DNA from: an uncultured Candidatus Saccharibacteria bacterium
Lineage (GTDB): Bacteria; Patescibacteriota; Minisyncoccia; Minisyncoccales; CAZBVF01
Assembly: GCA_964553275.1 (NCBI GenBank)
Contig: CAZKKG010000002.1
Span: 1-57,663, forward strand
Direction of reading: 5' to 3'
DNA length: 57,663 bases
Part shown: piece by piece, positions 45,896 to 53,187 of the stretch
Layout: each line of letters begins with the position of its first letter
Numbering within the stretch: position 1 is the first letter of the stretch
Position numbers and translations under genes: made by a program
The notes under the pieces: generated by a model
Database searches by the model: none
What the model was told of the DNA's origin: nothing
What the model saw: only the letters and a program-made list of their open reading frames with translations

Positions 45896-46882
45896 TTAGC
45901 ATTCGCCTTCTGCCTTGCTTTCTGTTTCTAATTTTTGGTCACATTCGGACGGACGATTTAAGAATCCGGAACAAACTCCTTCTTTGTAAGCATCTGGAGA
46001 TCTGTCTCCATCGTAAACCACTCCGTTAATAATAATAGTGGGAGATCCTGCAATAGTTATTTCTTCCTGACCTTCGTGTCGGGCAGAATTTTGAACAGGA
46101 TAGCTAATTTTGTTTAAAGCGGCTTCTTGAGCCAACAGCGATTCTCCTTGTTCTGCTTGGCATTTCTTTACCTCCTCAACATCAATCCCTAAATCTTTAG
46201 CAATACCTTCCCATTTCTCGTCAACATTTTTATAGTCTGCTTTCTCGTTTACCTCTTTTACAAAATCCCAAAATTTATCATTTTGATACTTTTGAACGCA
46301 AATTTCTCTTATATCCTGATGAACTTCCTGAATGCCGTGCATAGAACAATATTTATTCTCTTCATCAAGACAGTATTCAGGATATCCCGAACCGTAGTTT
46401 GAATAGACAATATAGTTAAGTTCAATGTCAGCTTTGTCTCCAAGCAGGTTTTTGACAGGCATCATAATTTCCTCTGCCTGATTGCCGAAAGGGCAAAAAG
46501 ACATTACGAAAACTTGTACTTTTGGCGCTTCTGTTTTCGGAATCTCTTTTGGGGAAGGAGGCTCCATATCAATTGTATCGGGAAATAAAAACTTTCCGTC
46601 TTTGCTGACACAAGAATCGTACTCCGTTCCTCCAATCTCAAACTTAATCTTATACAAACCACTTTCTTCTGCAGTTTTTAGCAATGAAGCTGAAACGTCT
46701 CCATTAAAGAAATTCTCAACAATATATTTTATTGCTTTTTGGCCCGCCTCTTCAGCAGACAAAACATCCTCTGGGACACTTTCATTATGGCTCTGGAAAA
46801 CGAGAAAATAGAAGGCACCGAGGGCAACTCCTATGAAAATTAAAAAAATAGGCGTTAGCTTTTTAATTATTTCTTTATTCAT
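45896..46882 (-). CDS. Membrane-anchored extracytoplasmic thioredoxin-fold (DsbA-like) protein, Cys-rich
   Basis: N-terminal TM PIFLIFIGVALGAFYFLVF, FVMSFCPFGNQ in a thioredoxin-like context, and at least 8 further Cys, including a terminal GEC. Confidence 0.45.
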   Translation of the reverse strand: MNKEIIKKLTPIFLIFIGVALGAFYFLVFQSHNESVPEDVLSAEEAGQKAIKYIVENFFNGDVSASLLKTAEESGLYKIKFEIGGTEYDSCVSKDGKFLFPDTIDMEPPSPKEIPKTEAPKVQVFVMSFCPFGNQAEEIMMPVKNLLGDKADIELNYIVYSNYGSGYPEYCLDEENKYCSMHGIQEVHQDIREICVQKYQNDKFWDFVKEVNEKADYKNVDEKWEGIAKDLGIDVEEVKKCQAEQGESLLAQEAALNKISYPVQNSARHEGQEEITIAGSPTIIINGVVYDGDRSPDAYKEGVCSGFLNRPSECDQKLETESKAEGEC

Positions 46883-46938
46883 AATATTCTATATATACCA
46901 TAAAATTACTTAAAAGTAAAGGATCGTGGATTATTCTT

Positions 46939-48147
46939 TTATTTCCCTTCCAGTTTTAAAATAGTTTTCATAAGGTCAATGCCTTTTATCTTCCCAAGAT
47001 TACCCTTTCTGCAAGCTTTCTCTGAAAAACAATTAACCTTATCTTTCCCCTTCCCAAACATTAAAACGGGAACGGGCTCCAAACAATGGCGCTTTAAACT
47101 AGAGCATGTAGAATGGTCGGCAGTTACAACGATTAATGTATTTTTCAAGTCAAAAACCAATTTTATGGCTTTATCAATCTTTTCAATAAAGTTCTTTTTG
47201 CCAAGATAGCTGCCGTCCTCTGCTAAATTATCCGCAGCTTTAATGTGCAAAAAAACAAAGTTATATCTTTTTCCGTTTAATATTCTTTTAGCTGCAGAGA
47301 ATTTTCCCTTCAAGTTCGTGTTGGGAAAGCCGTTCGCTCCTTTAACTTTTATCAAATCCATTCCCAATACCCTGCCTATGCCTTTGTATAATCCTCCTCC
47401 CGCAATACATGCAGCTTTTAATTTATGCTTCTTTTGAAACCCAGGGGTTTCCTTAAACTTACCCGCTCCCCTTAAAAGAAGGCAGTTTGCAGAAAGCTTG
47501 CCCTCTTTTCTTCTTTTTTTATTCAAAGGATGATTATTTAAAATCTCTGAACATTTTTCTAAATATTGGTTTAGGGCTTCAGCGGTGAATTTTGCCTGAA
47601 AACTCTTGTCCAAAGGAATAATCTTTTTAACTTTAACATTTACTTTATAAGGATCGCCGTCTGAAATTTTATCAGAAAGATTTTTTCCCCTCAGAATTAA
47701 TCCTGCTCTGTGACCGTAAGATTTCTTAATAAAGAAACGGATACCTTTTATTTTCTTTACTTTTGACAAAGCATTGATTAAGGGCTCTGTTCTGCTTATC
47801 CTTCCCACTCTCCTGTCAATAATTTTTAGGTTTTTATCAACTGTCCCAAAGTTTGCCCTTAAAGCAATGTCTCCTTTTTTAAAATCCATTTCAATGCCGG
47901 CAACTTCATAAGGCCCTCTGCCTAAATAATAAAGCTTGGGATCATAACCAAGCAAAGCCAAGTGAGCAGTATCAGAACGAGGGTATTTTTGTTCTTTAAG
48001 CCAGAAAGGGGAAGCTTGGCCGCATATTCCATTTTTGGCCAAGAAATCCAGGTTTGGAGTTTTTGCTTTTTCCAAAGGAGTTTTGCCTCCTAATTTGGCA
48101 ATGGGTTTCTCGCTTAATCCGTCAATTATTACTAAAAGCGTTTTCAT
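46939..48147 (-). CDS. apgM: Cofactor-independent phosphoglycerate mutase, archaeal type
   Basis: LLVIIDGLSEKP metal-site start and VVTADHSTCS; about 400 aa, typical of ApgM. Confidence 0.82.
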   Translation of the reverse strand: MKTLLVIIDGLSEKPIAKLGGKTPLEKAKTPNLDFLAKNGICGQASPFWLKEQKYPRSDTAHLALLGYDPKLYYLGRGPYEVAGIEMDFKKGDIALRANFGTVDKNLKIIDRRVGRISRTEPLINALSKVKKIKGIRFFIKKSYGHRAGLILRGKNLSDKISDGDPYKVNVKVKKIIPLDKSFQAKFTAEALNQYLEKCSEILNNHPLNKKRRKEGKLSANCLLLRGAGKFKETPGFQKKHKLKAACIAGGGLYKGIGRVLGMDLIKVKGANGFPNTNLKGKFSAAKRILNGKRYNFVFLHIKAADNLAEDGSYLGKKNFIEKIDKAIKLVFDLKNTLIVVTADHSTCSSLKRHCLEPVPVLMFGKGKDKVNCFSEKACRKGNLGKIKGIDLMKTILKLEGK

Positions 48148-48300
48148 CTCTTGTTTAAAATTAGCTTTTTAACTTCTTTTACTATTTTCGCCGGAAGGAT
48201 CGTCTCCAACTAAAAGAATCTTTTTCATATGTTTATCATACGAAAGCACAAAAGTTTTTATGAAAATACAAAAAATTGAGTAAGATAATAAATATTTAAC

Positions 48301-48342
48301 AATTTTGTAATTTCGTACTATTCCGCAATTTCGTAATTTCGT
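48301..48342. repeat. Tandem 8-mer array, 2 + 2 copies of AATTTCGT (minus strand ACGAAATT) separated by 10 nt
   Basis: AATTTTGT (48301-48308), AATTTCGT (48309-48316), ACTATTCCGC, AATTTCGT (48327-48334), AATTTCGT (48335-48342). Confidence 0.8.
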
Positions 48343-48358
48343 AGTTATTATTTCAAAG

Positions 48359-49672
48359 CTACTCTTCAACCGGCAATTCCGGAGGGGCTTCCCCTCTCTT
48401 TGATTCCACTCTGGGGATAAAAGGAGCAGGAGCAACCACTCTCCCGGGAAAGTGGAATAAAGTAGTCATTTCTTCTGCATCCAAGATAATAGTTCCTCCG
48501 GAACGCGGAAACATCGGAGAAACTCTCTTGATATAGTTTCTGAATATTCTTCTCTTTCTCACGTACAGTCTCCTTGGAATAAGCCAGTTCCAAGGAATAA
48601 ACCATATCTTTTTAACCTTTGTTTTGGTTTCTGCTATGGGTTTGAATCCATTAAGATTGTTCGCTGAAAATTGGGAAAAGAAACTAAAAATATTTTGAAT
48701 CTGAGGTTTAAAGAATACGTTCTTCTTCCCTAAATATAAAAATCTGACCGTTGCGCTGAAAGCAGGTTTGCTTATCTTGTTTTCTATTGCTTTGATAGTA
48801 TCTTTTTCTCCCGGAGAAAGCATTATATCCGGCTCAAAAAGCTGAGAAGCAGATTCTTTCTTGCCTTCCTCTCTGACTCCGAAAAACAACCCTTCAAATG
48901 CTTCAAGAAGAATAGGTTTGTAAGAAGGTTTTTCTTTAGAAGTCCTCTTCATTATTTCATTAACAACAGCTTTCCCTCTGTCTACATAATTATCCTCGCT
49001 ATTGGCAACGGGTAGGCATATAAACTGAAGCCAGATTTGCTCTCCCGGTTTCATCTTTGCCATTCCTTCCAAAAGATTACTAATGGGGTCAATTCTCTTT
49101 TCTTCCTTGGCAATGTCAGGCTTTTCTTCAAAAAACTTTGGATAAGTCTTAATGGGGTAAATGTCTTTTTCAATCATTTGATAATCTGCTCCATACAAAT
49201 CCCAATCCTTATTAGGAATGTCCTGAGGGATATTCTTTGTATAGTCGTCTGTTACGGTAATTTCAGCATCAGGATACTGCGAATAGACCGCTGCTTCAAC
49301 AGCATTCCGGGAAGCTTCAGGAATTTTTATATAGAAATGAATTTTCCCCCCTATGCTCGCCACCTCGAAAGAATAAGAAAAAGATACTTCCCCGTCCAGC
49401 CATTTTTCTAAAGGATCGGGAGGACCATAAAGAATTCCCCATAGACTGCAAAAGACCTGTTCCATGGCTTTAATGGGCCTTAAGACATCTTTAGGTATTC
49501 TCAACTCAAGAAAGACAAACTTTTGTTTGGAAATCCATAATTCCCTTCTCCACCAAAGCCAGAAAAATAAAAAAGGACACCAAAGGATAATGGGCAAAAG
49601 CACCCACCACCAAGTTTTTATGACGTCCAAAATAGTGTTGAGAATATTAAAAATAAGAGTGTATGAATCCAT
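48359..49672 (-). CDS. Hypothetical 2-TM membrane protein with a large soluble domain, unknown family
   Basis: Trp-rich TM hairpin IKTWWWVLLPIILWCPFLFFWLWW, followed by about 380 aa of soluble sequence. The ATG at 49672 lies 2 nt after the TGA of the upstream gene; the track start at 49678 is a TTG. Confidence 0.6.
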   Translation of the reverse strand: MDSYTLIFNILNTILDVIKTWWWVLLPIILWCPFLFFWLWWRRELWISKQKFVFLELRIPKDVLRPIKAMEQVFCSLWGILYGPPDPLEKWLDGEVSFSYSFEVASIGGKIHFYIKIPEASRNAVEAAVYSQYPDAEITVTDDYTKNIPQDIPNKDWDLYGADYQMIEKDIYPIKTYPKFFEEKPDIAKEEKRIDPISNLLEGMAKMKPGEQIWLQFICLPVANSEDNYVDRGKAVVNEIMKRTSKEKPSYKPILLEAFEGLFFGVREEGKKESASQLFEPDIMLSPGEKDTIKAIENKISKPAFSATVRFLYLGKKNVFFKPQIQNIFSFFSQFSANNLNGFKPIAETKTKVKKIWFIPWNWLIPRRLYVRKRRIFRNYIKRVSPMFPRSGGTIILDAEEMTTLFHFPGRVVAPAPFIPRVESKRGEAPPELPVEE

Positions 49673-49674
49673 TG

Positions 49675-50703
49675 TCAAGTTAATCTTATCTGGTATTTTC
49701 CTTGATTATCTTTCTGAAAATATTTTTTATTATTCAAGTTCAACAGAATGGTATTCTTCTTTACAAACCTCTGGTTTAAGACATCATCCACGATTTCTGA
49801 TTTGCTCATGGGGTGATTTTTTTTCTTTAAGGTCTTAAAAATTATCTCCTGAACCGTGCCCGGCTCATACCCCCATTCCCCAAGACCGTAAACCCCTCTG
49901 CCTACCAAGATAAACCTGGAGTCTTTTATGAGCTCGTTATGAACCGTTTGAACATGGGATTCCTTGCCGATATTCTGGGCAATTGCTGAAAAATGAAGGG
50001 GTTTTCCCTCTCTTCTGAGGGATAAATAGGCCATATCTTTTACTCCCCTGGGACTGATTTCAGGCCAGTCAGAAAACCCGTATTCTCCTTCAGAATTTTT
50101 CAGAACAACTTTAGAAATCTCCAAATAAGGAAGGACTGCCTTTACAGGAACATCACTAACTTTCCGCTTTTCAAGGTAATAATCCAAAGTCAAAGGACTT
50201 TTTTCTTTTTTAAGTAATCTTGAGAAATCAGCAATAACCTTCTTTGCCAATTCCAGTGATTCCTGCTCAAGCATCCAAAAAGCATAAAAAAGGTCGCTTT
50301 CTTTCTGTCTTTTAAGACGAGAGTCTAAAGAAAGCAGGAATATAATATGGTTCGCTATATTTTTATCGCTAAAGCCCGACATCTTTGAAGAAACTTCTAT
50401 TTCCGATATCAGGCTTTTTTCTTCTCTTAAAGATCCCGAGTCGCGGATCTTTTTCTCTAAACAACGAAAAACATCCCCGTGCTTAGATTGGGCCTCTTTT
50501 TTCACTTTATCCAATTCTTCTTTTTCTATCTGCCTTACCCTTTCGCGCGTAATTCCATATTCTCGGCCTATTAATTCAAGAGTTGCTTTTTTCAAGCCTG
50601 CATCCTCCAAGTCCAGGCCAAAGCGCTTTTCCAAAACATTTCTTGCGCGCGGAGAAAATCCCTGAAGGATATTTTTTGAAATGATAGTGTAGTTAAAATT
50701 CAT
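49675..50703 (-). CDS. Orphan sigma-70 region 4 domain protein with C-terminal HARE-HTH / winged-helix domains
   Basis: SPRARNVLEKRFGL...ATLELIGREYGITRERVRQIEKEEL matches the region 4.2 consensus (TLEEIG..fgVTRERIRQIE). PLHFSAIAQNIGK...HNELIKDSRFILVGRGVYGLGEWGY matches the HARE-HTH pattern of the RNAP delta subunit. No sigma region 2 or 3 is present. Confidence 0.7.
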   Translation of the reverse strand: MNFNYTIISKNILQGFSPRARNVLEKRFGLDLEDAGLKKATLELIGREYGITRERVRQIEKEELDKVKKEAQSKHGDVFRCLEKKIRDSGSLREEKSLISEIEVSSKMSGFSDKNIANHIIFLLSLDSRLKRQKESDLFYAFWMLEQESLELAKKVIADFSRLLKKEKSPLTLDYYLEKRKVSDVPVKAVLPYLEISKVVLKNSEGEYGFSDWPEISPRGVKDMAYLSLRREGKPLHFSAIAQNIGKESHVQTVHNELIKDSRFILVGRGVYGLGEWGYEPGTVQEIIFKTLKKKNHPMSKSEIVDDVLNQRFVKKNTILLNLNNKKYFQKDNQGKYQIRLT

Positions 50704-50729
50704 AGAAATAATTTATCTTACATTTATAT

Positions 50730-50758
50730 ATTAAATCATATTAAGAACATTACGTCAA
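50730..50758 (-). promoter_or_regulatory. Promoter candidate for the sigma4/HARE-HTH two-gene unit
   Basis: On the minus strand: TTGACG (50758-50753), 17-nt spacer, TTTAAT (50735-50730), about 27 nt upstream of the ATG at 50703. Confidence 0.4.
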
Positions 50759-50771
50759 TAGCACTGTTCCT

Positions 50772-50800
50772 AAAAAATCCTCTAAAAACTAATTTTAGAG
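50772..50800 (-). terminator. Intrinsic terminator after secF
   Basis: CTCTAAAA (50780-50787) pairs with TTTTAGAG (50793-50800). The minus-strand RNA is followed by GGAUUUUUUA. Confidence 0.5.
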
Positions 50801-50859
50801 AATCTTATTTTAACTTTCAAAAACTCACCATATATTGTCACAAATTATAATCATATAAC

Positions 50860-51786
50860 TTATCTTCTCTTTCTCTTGAGCCAACTTACAAGAATGGGAC
50901 TCGCTAAGAATAAAGAGGAGTAAGTCCCGCATACAAGACCTATAATCAAAGCCAGGGCAAAATATTTAAGAGTTGCTCCCCCAAAGAACAAAATAGCAAA
51001 GAGAACAAATAAAGTAGTAAGAGAGGTATTCAATGATCTTGTAAGGGTTGCGTTCAAGGATTTATTAACTATGTGTTCAAAATCAGAAGAACGGTCTTTG
51101 ATTAAGTTTTCTCTTATCCTGTCAAAAACTACCACCGTATTGTTAATCGAATAGCCAAGCACCGTCAAAAGAGCGGTAATGACGGGAATGGTGATTTGAA
51201 CGCCGTAAAGCGTTCCCAAGAGTGAGAATATACCTAAGGGAATAAAAATATCATGGCCCAAGGCAATCAGAGAAGCTATACCGTATTGCCAGGAAGCAAC
51301 CGGCTTCGAAATCTTTTGAAAAGCAAATGTGATGTAGAGCAACACAGCCAAAACAGAAAGCAATGCTACTATCTTAGTCTTATTTTTAAGCTCTTTGCCT
51401 ATTACCGGACCTATTGCTTCAAACCTTAATTCCCCCAGCCCTTTTTCTTCCAATCTCTTTGAAACTTCCTGATGGGTTTCTTCTGAAATGTCCTTCATTC
51501 TTAGGATAATCCCATGTTCTCCGCTTGATTGAATCTGAATTTGTCCTAAATCAAAATCAGAGAGAACTTCCTTTATTTCTTCGTTTGAAATCCTTTCTCC
51601 CCAAAACTCAAGCTCTAAAATGCTGCCTCCAGTAAAATCAATACCGAAATTTAACCCAAAAATAACAAGAGAGACTGCGCTTGCAATAACTAGGATTCCG
51701 GAAAGGATAAAATAGATTTTAGAATATTTTAAAAAAGGAAACATATTTTTAAACTTATTAATTCCAAAGCCATTTAATGTTTTCAA
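50860..51786 (-). CDS. secF: Protein translocase subunit SecF
   Basis: GIDFTGGS, multi-TM C-terminal half, follows secD. An alternative start lies at 51744. Confidence 0.9.
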   Translation of the reverse strand: MKTLNGFGINKFKNMFPFLKYSKIYFILSGILVIASAVSLVIFGLNFGIDFTGGSILELEFWGERISNEEIKEVLSDFDLGQIQIQSSGEHGIILRMKDISEETHQEVSKRLEEKGLGELRFEAIGPVIGKELKNKTKIVALLSVLAVLLYITFAFQKISKPVASWQYGIASLIALGHDIFIPLGIFSLLGTLYGVQITIPVITALLTVLGYSINNTVVVFDRIRENLIKDRSSDFEHIVNKSLNATLTRSLNTSLTTLFVLFAILFFGGATLKYFALALIIGLVCGTYSSLFLASPILVSWLKRKRR

Positions 51787-53113
51787 ATCTTGTATTTCGA
51801 AAACATCTCAAGAAGCTCCTGGTAATAAATATGGCAGAAAACATACTGACTAAAATTCCAATACTCAATGTTAAGGCAAACCCTTTAACAAAGCTCGTTC
51901 CAAAAGCAAATAAAATCAAAGCCACAAGCAAAGTGGTTAAATTCCCGTCTCTGATTGAAGGCCATGCTCTTTTAAATCCTTCTTCCAAAGATTTTGAAAA
52001 AGTTTTTCCTTCAGACAGCTCTTCCTTCATACGGGAAAAAATCAAGACATTAGCGTCAATGGCTATTCCGATAGACAAGATAAATCCTCCGATGCCCGCC
52101 AAAGTCAGAGTTACGGGAACAATCTTAAACAAAGCAAGAATAATACTAACATAGATAGTCAGAGCCAGTGCGGATAAGAATCCGGGCAATTTATAAAAAG
52201 CTATTAAAAAGAGGATAACCGCTATTAAGCCAATCATACCTGCATCTAAAGACTTCTTCAGGGAAATTTTACCCAAAGTAGGCCCTACCGTTTGTTGAGA
52301 AATCAATTTAATAGGAACGGGCAATGCTCCTGCATTCAAATTTCTTGCTAATTCCTTAGCCTCGTCTACGGTAAAGGAACCCGTAATCTGGGCACTTCCT
52401 CCTGATATCTTTTCTTGAACAACAGGATTTGAAATAAGGATGCCGTCAACATAAATAGGCAAAGGATTGCCTACGTTTCTTTCACTTAATTGTTCAAAAA
52501 TGTCTGCACCTTCTTTATTAAACTGCAATTTTACTAAAGGTTTATACGTAGTATTGTCAAAATCTATCTCTGCTTTCTTTAAATACTTTCCCGTCAAAGA
52601 GGTAGCTTTGAAAGGATCTTTTATCTCGCCCTCTCCCGAATCAACAACCTTTTGGTTGTCTTCCATTATTTGCTCGTAGTCTTCTTTTAATTCCTTAAAT
52701 TCAAGGAAAGGAGTTTTCCCTATTTCTCTTACCGCTTGAGCGGGATCTATAACCCCTGCTAATTCCACAATCAACCTGTAACTGTCTCCGCTTTGCTGGG
52801 TTTGTACGATCGGTTCGCTTACTCCGAAGAAATTCACCCTTCTTTCAATGACATCCCTTAACCCCTGCATTGAAGAGCTGTAATCGTCTTTCTCAATACT
52901 AGAAAGGTCTGCCTCGTAAATAAGATGCACTCCCCCCTGCAAATCCAGTCCGAGCTTAAAAGGAACAGACCAAAAATGAGGTATATTTGAATGCGTTTTT
53001 TGATTTATAAAATCAGCCGTCCTGTTGAAATAATCAGGATAGCTCAAATTGGCAGTGAAAAAAGCCAGAATGAATATGAGAATGATAACAATATGATTTT
53101 TATCTCTGAACAT
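51758..53113 (-). CDS. secD: Protein translocase subunit SecD
   Basis: LGLDLQGGVHL, a periplasmic domain, and the six-TM RND-like C-terminus. Confidence 0.9.
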   Translation of the reverse strand: MFRDKNHIVIILIFILAFFTANLSYPDYFNRTADFINQKTHSNIPHFWSVPFKLGLDLQGGVHLIYEADLSSIEKDDYSSSMQGLRDVIERRVNFFGVSEPIVQTQQSGDSYRLIVELAGVIDPAQAVREIGKTPFLEFKELKEDYEQIMEDNQKVVDSGEGEIKDPFKATSLTGKYLKKAEIDFDNTTYKPLVKLQFNKEGADIFEQLSERNVGNPLPIYVDGILISNPVVQEKISGGSAQITGSFTVDEAKELARNLNAGALPVPIKLISQQTVGPTLGKISLKKSLDAGMIGLIAVILFLIAFYKLPGFLSALALTIYVSIILALFKIVPVTLTLAGIGGFILSIGIAIDANVLIFSRMKEELSEGKTFSKSLEEGFKRAWPSIRDGNLTTLLVALILFAFGTSFVKGFALTLSIGILVSMFSAIFITRSFLRCFRNTRFENIKWLWN

Positions 53114-53187
53114 TGTAATTTCTTTTGATCCTTAAATAAAAAAAGCAATTATCCTAACATAAAACTTATTTGATAAATTGTCAATTC

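Noticed and set aside
48169-48435. 88-aa minus-strand ORF spanning the end of the 437-aa gene and the apgM upstream spacer, including an internal 19-aa ORF (MKKILLVGDDPSGENSKRS, 48169-48228)
   Set aside because: It overlaps the real gene out of frame, crosses the 8-mer repeat array, and has no SD. The 19-aa piece faintly resembles a receiver-domain or phosphatase N-terminus but is too short to support even a pseudogene call.
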